A DNA stretch of 63,513 nucleotides, filler included, from Octopus bimaculoides (GCF_001194135.2; 5 parts of 5 records of this genome joined end to end with filler, not necessarily neighbours in it), one strand, 5' to 3'. Shown: positions 38,651-49,253, counted from the whole stretch's first letter. The notes: a model not told the origin generated them from the sequence alone. Translations and numbers: made by a program.

Positions 38651-38705
<55 letters not shown>
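38215..38705 (+). mobile_element. S3 SINE with an expanded internal ~27-bp tandem array
   Basis: About 9-10 diverged units of the GTGCAGTGCCA(T/C)GTAAAAGCACCT type, then the S3/RTE tail and (GAT)n. Confidence 0.75.
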
Positions 38706-38706
<1 letters not shown>

Positions 38707-38755
38707 ATTATACAAGGCTTTTATATTGATTCGGTCAGTCCCCTTGCTAATCTTG

Positions 38756-38834
38756 CTACTCTGGAGTTTCAGCTGTATTCACTGGATCAAGTTATGACTG
38801 GACTGATGATCCTGTAAGTGAAACTCCAGAGTAG
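38756..38834. repeat. 79-nt hairpin with a perfect 16-bp outer stem
   Basis: CTACTCTGGAGTTTCA / TGAAACTCCAGAGTAG plus an inner GGATCA/TGATCC stem. Confidence 0.85.
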
Positions 38835-38935
38835 GATGAAACTGTCTATACCAAAATAAAAATATTATTAATCTCTACAATGGTATTGAGTACTTTTTCT
38901 TCCCTTTTGACAGGAAATGCACACACACACACATG

Positions 38936-38971
<36 letters not shown>

Positions 38972-39043
38972 TATTGATTGATTGATAGATAGATAAATAG
39001 ATAGATTGTTAGATGGATAAATAGATAGATAGATAAACAGATC

Positions 39044-39109
<66 letters not shown>

Positions 39110-39635
39110 CAGACAGATAGATAGACAGACAGTCAGACAAATAGAGAGATTATGGACTGCTATGTTAGCATCTGAGTAGTTTTTGTTGATGCCCATCAGT
39201 AAAGGAAGTAAACACAAGAGAGAAAATAAAAGCCAGTACTCCTTCAAGTGAAGTCTCTAACAACATTTGTTCCTTGGTGACTTAGAGACACTTCCTTATC
39301 ATTCTGTCCATCAAAAATGCAGTGAACCAATCATTGGTCCACTGCAAACCTGTAACCAATGACACCATTGTTCACCAGTTGTGATATCAAGTAAAATGAA
39401 ATGAATAAATAAATAAATAACAAAACTAAAATAAGTTGAAAGTAACTTCACTTCCTCCAATTTTCCTGAATTTTCCTGAGTGAGGTAAGTCTGGTGGAAA
39501 GTTAAATGGACTGAATTCTAGAAACACATCACTGAAGAACTAAATAAATATGTTAAACCATTACTTTAGCTTGGCTTAAAACACCACGTTTTTATTCATC
39601 TTTCTCATTACTTCTCACTCTCACTTTCTCCTTTC

Positions 39636-39716
<81 letters not shown>

Positions 39717-39826
39717 GTCTGTCTATCTATCTATCTATCTGCATGTATGTATGTATGTGTATATATATANNNNNNNNNNATCTGTCTGTCTATCTATCTA
39801 TCTATCTGCATGTATGTATGTATGTG

Positions 39827-39867
<41 letters not shown>

Positions 39868-40402
39868 GGATAGAGATACAGTGCAAGACCCCCCCCATAT
39901 TATATGCATACATGCATTATATATGCCTTTATTTTTTTCAACCTGTCAGTCATGTTTCCCTTCCTTTGTTTTCCTTTTCACTACAGCTATCTCATTTTCT
40001 TTTTGCACTCATATATTTTTCTCCTCCTCCTCTCTTACTCTCTCACTCTTTTTCTCTCCCTTTCTCTCTCTCACTCTCACTCATTACAGATATCCTTCAA
40101 ATGTATTGCAATGTCATAAAAATTAACACAGTTTTCAAGCACTAACTGACTCTTGAGAAAAAAAAGGGCAGCAAAGGAGTGCTGATGCAGTCATTGACTT
40201 GCAGAAAAAAAAAGAGCAATCAAATTTGTCTCAAATCTCACACAAGTATCTTACACAGCGGATAAAGTAGTCCTGACAAATAAATTGGATGGTCACTGTT
40301 GAAATGCTTTTGATCATAAGTTTGCTTGATCAGGGCTGACTTGGGGATACATACCATCAACAACTTGTAAAAAAGGCATAAATACATCTCACAACAGATT
40401 AC

Positions 40403-40541
40403 CTGCCAGATATATGGAATGAAATATTAGAGTCAGATAACATACACAGACAAATATTGTACATTATATCCAGAACAGGAACACCTTCTACTTCAAATGC
40501 AAGTCTATACTCACCTGTGTTTGCAAACACTAATTGTTGTT
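40403..40541 (-). CDS. Candidate internal coding exon (139 nt) of an unidentified host gene
   Basis: CCCTACAG acceptor and CAG|GTAATC donor (alternative CAG|GTGAGT after 27 nt). Stop-free (E)QQLVFANTGEYRLAFEVEGVPVLDIMYNICLCMLSDSNISFHISG(R). Confidence 0.33.
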
Positions 40542-40569
40542 CTGTAGGGCTAGTCTTCTATGTTCAATC

Positions 40570-40790
40570 TCTTAATAGCATCATTACCCACAATTCTTCA
40601 AAGCGAAAGCATCAGGCTTACAACAGCATAAATATTGATGCTAAATGCATAGCTTTTAGCATAGACATAGTTGATAGAACAGAAAGACTAGACACTTTTA
40701 ATAGCCTAATTGCTATTAAAGACCATAAAAATAGCTTTAGATTTAACTGTTTATGTATGTTAAGAAATCCTGCCAAACCAAGTGATGTCT
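40570..40790 (+). mobile_element. Penelope-like RT N-terminal fragment (a second PLE lineage)
   Basis: INIDAKCIA...DRTERL...LIAIKDHKNSF..NCLCMLRNPAKPSDV resembles the PLE motif ITLKDHKxNFxxxPxCRLINPAKSE. Confidence 0.7.
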
Positions 40791-40819
40791 AATCAATAAG
40801 AAAAATAGGAAAGAAATTC

Positions 40820-41222
40820 TAAACATTGGCTGTGTGGTAAGAGGTTTACTTCCCAACCACATGGTTCTGAGTTCAGTCCTACTGCATAGTATCTTGGGTA
40901 AAAGTTTCCAACTATACCTGCAGGTTGAGGAAAGCCTTGTGAGTGGATTTGATAAATGGAAACTGAAAAGAAGCCCACTATATATGAAGACATACTTGTG
41001 TGTATGTTTTTGTGTCCATTTGTTCCCCATCGCCATTTTACAACAGGTGTTGGTGTGTTTACATCCCAGCAACTTAGCAGTTCAGCAAAAGAATATGATT
41101 AAGTACCAGGCTTAAGAATATAGATATTGGGTTGATTCATTTGGTTAAATTTCTTCAAGGCAGTGTCCCAGCATGGCCACAGTCTAATGACAGAAACAAG
41201 TAAAAGATAAAAGATACAAGAT
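40820..41222 (+). mobile_element. S1 SINE, full length, CpG-decayed
   Basis: Head GGCTGTGTGGTAAG, body, and tail ACAAGTAAAAGATAAAAGATA. Confidence 0.8.
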
Positions 41223-41984
41223 TAACCTGTCCCTTGTCTTACTCAGCAGAACAACATTTTCAAAGTTATCTCTTGGTTCAATGAGATAAAAGTAGTGCTA
41301 AGCTCAGCTCATTCAATATTGTTGATTTTTACCTTTTGATATCCACAGCTTTATCCAGAAATCATTGAATATCGCTCAACTTTTCAATCAACATTATGTC
41401 TAACATAAATAAAATCTTCCTGCTGTATTACTCTGGCTTGGCACGATGAGTGAGGTCATTTGATTTGAATTTTTGATGAATAATGATGAAACTCATTATG
41501 CATGTGTTACCCTTTGTGCTTCAGTATATATTTGAGTTTTATATTTACATGTCCCAGCGATTCTACTGAAAATCCACGGATAGTTAATTCATCAATTCAT
41601 TGATTAATTAATTGATTCATTTAATCATTAATGGTGAAACTTCGGAGTATTGAATTAACTGATTTTTTAATTCCTCCAAATTGTCTTGCTTGCTTACAAT
41701 CAAAGTGTTCTAAATAAGAATGTTCATTCATGGTTTGGGTTTTTGACTGCTCCTTTTAGCATGTAAGTAGATAACATAGTGGTCTTCTCTCCATGAATGA
41801 ATTTTATACACTTGTATATATGTATTTTGTATGTATGTATGTATGTATGTACATTTGTATGAATGTATGTTTGTTTGCATGGATGTGTGTATGTTGCCTC
41901 CTGTTTTTCAATTATTTGAAGCCTTTCTTTATGGAAGGAGTTGGAAGGACTGAAAGCTCTATCAAAGGAATGCAGATAACAAAA

Positions 41985-42960
41985 CTAAATTCACATTTCA
42001 AACTTGAGAAAAGTCTTGCATATTTTTACTATTCCCCTATTAGATTGCACTTGCAGTGTGTAAGGTAGCTGGCTGATTTTTGTTTCAGAAAATCCTTGCT
42101 TGCTCAAATTATCACTTAGAGTTTTACTCACAAAATCAAGTGCACCAGTTATTAATGGAGTAAATGTGATATTATAATCAGGATATAGAAGCTGGAGGTC
42201 TTGAAACAGTTGTTCATAGTTATTCTCTTTCCCCTTGATGTTTGAAGAGATATTCACATTACCCGGGCAGCTGACCTCCATGACAATGCGTTCTTTTTCT
42301 TGTTTGTCTAAAACCACAACATCCAGCCTCTAACATTTACACCTGACAGAAGTTTTGATGGAAATGTTCCTCCAATATATATACAGATTGGATTTAGGTG
42401 TGTAGTTATGATCTGGGTAATTTCTTACTTGAAGTTGGTGCACTTTGAGGTATGTTGGAGAACCATGGCTTGATAACACTCAGTTTTTGTCATGTTTCCT
42501 TGTCATGTTTCCATTCAGCTGAATGGTTTTCCTAATAACAATAATTTACAGAATGTAGTGGAAGCAATTTATTGTGACACCAACATTAATGAGGTTGTTT
42601 TGTGAACTGTAAGGCAAAAGAATCTTCATTGCTCTTGTGTGTGTATTCAATAACAGGGTGATTCTCTTTATTATTTCAGAACAGTCTTTTTCTGAATTGT
42701 ACTGTATATTGTTTTAATGTCAACATCAAGTTGCATAGGGAAGTAATATCTTCATGACATTTTTGGGCAGCTGCTAATCACATGTGTGATGCCTTCCACA
42801 GAAATATGACAAAATCTACATTTTTACTGAAGCTCTAAGGGTTTCACTGGTTCTTTTTGTTTATGAGATATTTCTTAGCAATCTCCTGTTCTTGAATTGC
42901 AAATGCATAAGCCTTCAAAGTGTGATGTGATGTAACAGTCATAAATCCAAGAGAGGCTGC
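41985..42960 (-). mobile_element. REL-type non-LTR retrotransposon 3' region (CCHC zinc knuckle plus endonuclease), family A
   Basis: YITSHFEG...KCRFCHISVEGITHVISSCPKMS (CCHC)...RLDVVVLDKQEKERIVMEVSCPGNVNI...PLITGALDFV...KICKTFLKF. Confidence 0.85.
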
Positions 42961-42989
42961 ACCTTATGTTGATATGTATGTAAGTATAT

Positions 42990-43140
42990 GTACGCAGTGG
43001 TATCAAAAAGTTCCTGGAATGGTTCTGTAGTGCACCAACAGATGGCAGCACATAGTTGTAGGCAGATTGAGAGCTAGCAGTGACTTTCATGAGGCAGTAT
43101 GCTGAGTGACAACACTGTATTTATTTCACAAGTTATGAAA
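42990..43140 (+). mobile_element. mariner left-end fragment
   Basis: TACGCAGTGGTATCAAAAAGTTCC TIR-like start followed by AGATGGCAGCAC, a common mariner 5' motif. Confidence 0.5.
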
Positions 43141-43149
43141 TTGGCTTTG

Positions 43150-43383
43150 CTTTGCTTCCATATTTAGAATTTCTCTATACATACATACATACAGTTCTAC
43201 ATTTAAGAGATGAGGAATTATGTACATTATGTACATTATTTACATTATTTACATTTGATGGATATTTCTTGTTTGTTGTTAACACATCTTGTTTGTTGTT
43301 AACACAATGTTTCCGCTAATATACCCTCCAGCCTTCATCAGGTATCTTGGAGAAATTTCAAACCTGGGTTCTAATTCCTAGAA
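43150..43383 (-). mobile_element. Hammerhead-bearing repeat tail, copy B (no tRNA head seen)
   Basis: Homologous to 21070-21180; contains a 20-bp tandem duplication (CATCTTGTTTGTTGTTAACA). Confidence 0.75.
43301..43346 (-). ncRNA. Minimal type I hammerhead ribozyme motif (probably inactivated), copy B
   Basis: GATAC-CTGATGA-A-GGCTG-GAGGGTATAT-TAGCG-GAAAC-ATT-GTGTT. Confidence 0.65.
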
Positions 43384-43599
43384 ATCCTGTTTTAAGAACT
43401 AAGACATCAGCATGTGAGAGTAGCCACAAACAACCATACTTAAATCCTTCTACTATGGCTTAAAGGACTATGATAAACAGAAGGAACTTAGAACTAAGCC
43501 CCAGTGAACCCTACTTGTATATTCATTGATAACTCTCACCTTTGCCTGCTGCACCTGTGTACGATGTGCATGACCATCAGAAAGTACACGTCTACCTTA

Positions 43600-43613
43600 G
43601 TTTCCATAGCAAC
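43600..43613. promoter_or_regulatory. RFX X-box-like palindrome
   Basis: GTTTCCATAGCAAC fits GTTNCCATRGYAAC and lies in apparently non-repeat sequence. Confidence 0.4.
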
Positions 43614-43929
43614 TGCCCAATTACAAAATGTGTAATTTTGTAGCTGCTACCTATCAAAGCCTACTCCAAGTTAATGAATGCATGGTACAGTGACTTATGT
43701 CAAGCTAAATACTTCTTATTTCTTTATTGCCCACAAGAGGCTAAACATAGAGGGAACAAACAAGGACAGACAAAGGGATTAAGTCGATTACATCGACCCC
43801 AGTGCTTAACTGATGCTTATTTTATTGACCCTGAAAGGATGAAAAGCAAAGTTGACCTTGGCGGAATTTGAACTGGCGTGCTAACGTTTCTGCCAACTCA
43901 CCACCTTAGTACTTCTGTAAAAGCTAAAT

Positions 43930-44135
43930 AATTCTGTAGTTCAGTTGCAATAGGAAGAGGATGTCAATAGTATCTCTTCCTACAACAAAACAAAGCTGCA
44001 TCTCATCTAGGCAGGTTCTATTCCTCATCAATTGTGCTGTAACTCTTACTCTAACTTTTGTTGCTTTCTCCATTAGCCTGATGCCCCTACAGTTTCTCTC
44101 CCTTGTGGATAGCATTCACCCTTGTAGCACTAGAA
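43930..44135 (-). mobile_element. RTE RT fragment, decayed
   Basis: RNCRGIRLM..ATKVRVRVTAQLMRNRTCLDEMQLCFVVGRDTIDILFL aligns with 20480-20650. Confidence 0.85.
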
Positions 44136-44214
44136 AAATAATGCTGCTAGGCCAGTGAGTGAGTATGCTATCTTCTAGTGCAATCTAACTACATGGATGA
44201 CTGGATAGTGACCT

Positions 44215-44262
44215 ACCGTGCCAGGAAATCTCAGTCCCTTAGCAACCATACCCAATGATGAC

Positions 44263-44298
<36 letters not shown>

Positions 44299-44431
44299 AA
44301 TGACGACAACTGCGACGACGATAGTGATGATGATGATGATGACAACGATGACAACGACGATGATGTTGATGGTTGTAGTGGTTTAGTGACGATGATGGTG
44401 GTTGTGATGGTGATGCAAATGATGGTGGTGA

Positions 44432-44473
<42 letters not shown>

Positions 44474-44620
44474 GTGTGATAGTCGTGGTGGTGACAGTGA
44501 TAATGATGACAATCGTGATGGTAGCAGTGACAATGATGATGATGGTGGTGGTTGCGGTGATGGTGGTGGTGGTAGTGGTAGTGGCAGTGGTAGTTCCTGT
44601 TATAGCTGCAGAAGCAATAG
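44215..44620. repeat. (GAT/GAC/GGT)n low-complexity tract
   Basis: Directly visible. Confidence 0.9.
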
Positions 44621-45162
44621 TAAATTAAATCAATTGTCATTGCAAATATACTATACGACTAAACACACTCACACGTATGATTATTATATTGATTTGATTA
44701 CATTTCTTAATTGGCTTAATTAATTATTTACCTCTCTCATTATATTTAATGAAAGAGAGGTATACTGAGTGACAGTAAGTACAGGAATACCCAGCAGGGA
44801 AGGGGCATGAGAAATTTGGGAGAATATGTTGGAATTCAGAACCAAAGTCTTTGTTAGGAATATTACATAGAGTTCTCTCTTCCTCTTAATGATATCACAC
44901 TTGTTATCCTGCTCTGCAATCTTGAGAGCTCTGACTAAAATTTTCAGTCATTTGATTGCGGCCATGCTGGAGTGCTGCCTTTAGTTAACCAAATCGATCC
45001 TACGACTTATTCTTTGTAAGCCTAGTACTTATTCAATCAGTCCCTTTTGCGCAATCACTGAGTTACGGGGACGTAAACACACCAACATCCGTTGTTATGC
45101 GAGGGTGGAGGGGACAAGCACAAACTCATGCACAAATATATACATATATGTATATATATTTT

Positions 45163-45407
45163 ATTTAAAATGCAGAGATGCCTATAATAGGACATCTACT
45201 CGCTAGAAATAGCAGCAAAAGACTATATACCACAAAAATTAGGGATAATTTCGAAAGGAAATGAAAAATAAAAACTTTTACCAATCTATATTCTGTACCA
45301 TGGTTTCAAGTCAATTTTAGTAAGATAAAGATTATATATCTTACAAGGTCGGACTATCGTCAGCAAGCGAGTAGATGTCCTATTATAGGCATCTCTGCAT
45401 TTTAAAT
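45163..45407. mobile_element. MITE-like element with perfect 42-bp TIRs
   Basis: ATTTAAAATGCAGAGATGCCTATAATAGGACATCTACTCGCT (45163-45204) and its exact reverse complement (45366-45407). Confidence 0.85.
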
Positions 45408-45501
45408 GAATAATACATAGTCTATTGACTGTTTTTTTACTCTCGCTAGACCACTGGTGGTAAATAAAATTTCTAAAATTTTTTTGCTACCCTATAATTT
45501 A

Positions 45502-45540
<39 letters not shown>

Positions 45541-46189
45541 NNNNNNNNNNNNNNNNNNNNNNNNNNNNNNNNNNNNNNNNNNNNNNNNNNNNNNNNNNNN
45601 NNNNNNNNNNNNNNNNNNNNNNNNNNNNNNNNNNNNNNNNNNNNNNNNNNNNNNNNNNNNNNNNNNNNNNNNNNNNNNNNNNNNNNNNNNNNNNNNNNNN
45701 NNNNNNNNNNNNNNNNNNNNNNNNNNNNNNNNNNNNNNNNNNNNNNNNNNNNNNNNNNNNNNNNNNNNNNNNNNNNNNNNNNNNNNNNNNNNNNNNNNNN
45801 NNNNNNNNNNNNNNNNNNNNNNNNNNNNNNNNNNNNNNNNNNNNNNNNNNNNNNNNNNNNNNNNNNNNNNNNNNNNNNNNNNNNNNNNNNNNNNNNNNNN
45901 NNNNNNNNNNNNNNNNNNNNNNNNNNNNNNNNNNNNNNNNNNNNNNNNNNNNNNNNNNNNNNNNNNNNNNNNNNNNNNNNNNNNNNNNNNNNNNNNNNNN
46001 NNNNNNNNNNNNNNNNNNNNNNNNNNNNNNNNNNNNNNNNNNNNNNNNNNNNNNNNNNNNNNNNNNNNNNNNNNNNNNNNNNNNNNNNNNNNNNNNNNNN
46101 NNNNNNNNNNNNNNNNNNNNNNNNNNNNNNNNNNNNNNNNNNNNNNNNNNNNNNNNNNNNNNNNNNNNNNNNNNNNNNNNNNNNNNNNN

Positions 46190-46790
46190 ATAAATGAGTA
46201 TATGCATATATACGTACAGGTATGTGCATACCAACATCCACCTGTATGTATAGGTGCACATCCGGGTACAGGACATTGCAAACAAAACGTAGACGAGAAA
46301 ACACACAAGCCACATAGAGAACATTCCCCTTCATCAGCCACCCCCGCTCCAACACCGGCGCCTCGAAGAGCCGGGCAGGACGCATCGCTAAAACGGCTCC
46401 TCCCATGGACCGCAAATTAAACCTGCATACACAAACTAAATCCTGCCATGGAAGAATGTAGCGGCGGACAAAAAACAAGACAGGAAAACAAACAGAAAAG
46501 GCTCCACGGCCAGACGAGAAAAATTATGTGTGTAGGAACGCTGTGAGGCACGAACCTGAAAGTAGGGACGAAGTAGTTCGTGTGTCCGCTCGGTGACAGC
46601 CAAGGAAGAAAAGGATCATTGACCGGAAGCATGTGACCATGCCGGTGTAAGAGGGAGAGAGAGAGTGGCAGAGGGAGAAACAAAGGGAGGAAGTAGAAGA
46701 ATAGGTGAGCAACGAGAGGAAGTACGAGGAGGAAAAAGAGATACGTAGTAGTAACAGAGGAAGAACGAGAGGGGTAAAGCGAGATACGTA
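46190..46790 (-). mobile_element. GC/CpG-rich retroelement-like 3' end, unclassified
   Basis: The terminal ~150 bp is homologous to 33545-33790; composition differs sharply from the flanks; bounded by gaps. Confidence 0.5.
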
Positions 46791-47524
46791 NNNNNNNNNN
46801 NNNNNNNNNNNNNNNNNNNNNNNNNNNNNNNNNNTTAATTAATTAANNNNNNNNNNNNNNNNNNNNNNNNNNNNNNNNNNNNNNNNNNNNTGTGGTGGTT
46901 ATGGTGGTGGTGGTGATGGTCGTTGTGGTGGTGGCGGATGTGGCGGTTATGTTGGTGGTGGTGGTGATTATGGTAGTGGTGGTGGTGGTGGTACTGCATC
47001 TATTAATAATAATAATAGATGCTGTACCAGGCAGTAGCTCACATGGCTTCTGATCATAACTGATTGGAAGTGTTATTATGTATATTGTTTTGTTTTGGTA
47101 TAAAAGATGGGCTACAGCAAATATTCTGCCCAATACCACAGCCTTAACCAGTTGGGCATGCCCCTTAGTGGCTGACGATATGTGCATCTCTGATCACGAG
47201 CAGAAGTGTGTTGAAAGGAATTCTTTGGGGTTTGGATAATTCACCTCTGGAAGCATGGGTGTTTCATCCAACATCCTTGAACAACCCTTATTCAGGGACT
47301 TTTTGAGCGGGATGGGCTACTCAACCTGAAGAAAATTCTAACTGGGCCTCACCTGCAAGATCATGCGCTGTTTATCTTGATATGAGATCACCATTTCACG
47401 CACATATAGTTTTGATGCATGTGCCTGGTGTACCCTTATCAGACTGGTAGTCAGAAAGGGTATACTGGGCTTCGTATATTTTACCCCAGTGTCACTTTTA
47501 TGGCATGCACTGCTCTCTCACTGA

Positions 47525-47527
47525 ATG

Positions 47528-47576
<49 letters not shown>

Positions 47577-47727
47577 CAACAACAACAACAACAGCAGCAG
47601 CAAGAAGAAGAAGAAGAAGAAGAAGAAGAAGAAGAAGAAAAAGAAGAAGAAAAAGAAGAAGAAGAAGAAGAAAAAGAAGAAGAAGAAGAAGAAGAAGAAG
47701 AAGAAGAAGAAGAAGAAGAAGAAGAAG

Positions 47728-47768
<41 letters not shown>

Positions 47769-47770
47769 CG
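47525..47770. repeat. Compound trinucleotide microsatellite (AAT)n-(AAC)n-(AGC)n-(AAG)n-(AAC)n
   Basis: Directly visible. Confidence 0.98.
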
Positions 47771-47885
47771 GCATTTTTTAAAACAGGTACTCGATATATA
47801 CAGATTTAGCGATAATAAGAGTACGGAGGCAAAGAACTTCGGGTTCCACATCATATACACAAATGTAGACAAAATAACAAAGATA

Positions 47886-47924
47886 CCCTAACCATAACCC
47901 TAACCCTAACCCTAACCCTAACCC
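47886..47924. repeat. Short interstitial telomere-type repeat (CCCTAA)n, ~6 units
   Basis: CCCTAACCATAACCCTAACCCTAACCCTAACCCTAACCCT. Confidence 0.85.
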
Positions 47925-48399
47925 TTACTACAAGAAATTTTTTTCTTTCCGTTTTTCTTTTTTCTTCTCTACATCTGTTTCCTTGAGCGTCAGATTATAT
48001 ATTTTGTTGTTGCTTCCTCACCCGTCTGTTTTTCGTTTTTTTTTTGTTTTTTGCACAAATTNNNNNNNNNNNNNNNNNNNNNNNNNNNNNNNNNNNNNNN
48101 NNNNNNNNNNNNNNNNNNNNNNNNNNNNNNNNNNNNNNNNNNNNNNNNNNNNNNNNNNNNNNNNNNNNNNNNNNNNNNNNNNNNNNNNNNNNNNNNNNNN
48201 NNNNNNNNNNNNNNNNNNNNNNNNNNNNNNNNNNNNNNNNNNNNNNNNNNNNNNNNNNNNNNNNNNNNNNNNNNNNNNNNNNNNNNNNNNNNNNNNNNNN
48301 NNNNNNNNNNNNNNNNNNNNNNNNNNNNNNNNNNNNNNNNNNNNNNNNNNNNNNNNNNNNNNNNNNNNNNNNNNNNNNNNNNNNNNNNNNNNNNNNNNN

Positions 48400-48434
<35 letters not shown>

Positions 48435-48450
48435 GGTGATGTAGAGGAAT

Positions 48451-48654
48451 TATATATTAGAAAAAATAATAAGGTACTCAGATATCAGGATGGTTGTACA
48501 TTTACAGATTTTTATTACTATGTCACATGTTTTATAAATATTATCGCTTGCACAAGAATAGATGCAAGCGCTAATATTTATAAAACATGTGACATATTAA
48601 TAAAGATCTGTAAATGTACAACCATCCAGATATCTGAGTACCTTATTATTTTAC

Positions 48655-48664
<10 letters not shown>
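48451..48664. repeat. Foldback: ~102-bp arms, 10-nt loop, about 6 mismatches
   Basis: 48451-48552 pairs with 48563-48664; flanked by (TA)n. Confidence 0.95.
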
Positions 48665-48700
<36 letters not shown>

Positions 48701-48720
48701 GTAAGGGCAACTACTGGGTA

Positions 48721-49253
48721 GCTCCACATGCTAAAAGTAGACGCCAAATGGTTCTAAAACTACCTTATTTATCACAAATACAACGGCTGAAAGCGAGGGT
48801 TATGAAGAAAAAAGTGTTTTTAAAAAGGTTTAGCCATAGATCGGTTTCTGGTTTAGGGGTGTAATACTCCTTACCGTCCTCAGTATGACATAACCCAAAG
48901 TACATAATTATAAACATCTATACATACCATACGAACACAATGTATCCACAGTGTATATACAAATGTTCACACTTATTTAACTTAGATTTAACTTGTATAT
49001 AAGTATGAATATTTGTACATGTACTGTGGATACATTGAGTTCGTATGGTATGTATAGATGTTTATAATTATGTACTTTGGGTTATGTCATACTGAGGACG
49101 GTAAGGGGTATTACATTCCTAAATCAGAAATCGATCTATGGCTAAACCTTTTTAAAAACTCTTTTTTGTTCATTTCCCTCACTTTCAGCCCGTGTCTGTG
49201 TGATAAATAAGGCAGTTTTAGAGCATTTGGCGTCTAATTCTAGCGTGTGGAGC
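48721..49253. mobile_element. Large foldback/MITE: ~255-bp arms, ~22-nt loop
   Basis: GCTCCACATGCTAAAAGTAGACGCC...CACTTAT pairs with ATAAGTATGAA...GGCGTCTAATTCTAGCGTGTGGAGC. Confidence 0.9.

Noticed and set aside
44700-44930. ~70-codon open frame on the minus strand (RALKIAEQDNKCDIIKRKRELY...)
   Set aside because: The putative acceptor lies only ~12 nt from a SINE tail and no homology was recognised; left unannotated.
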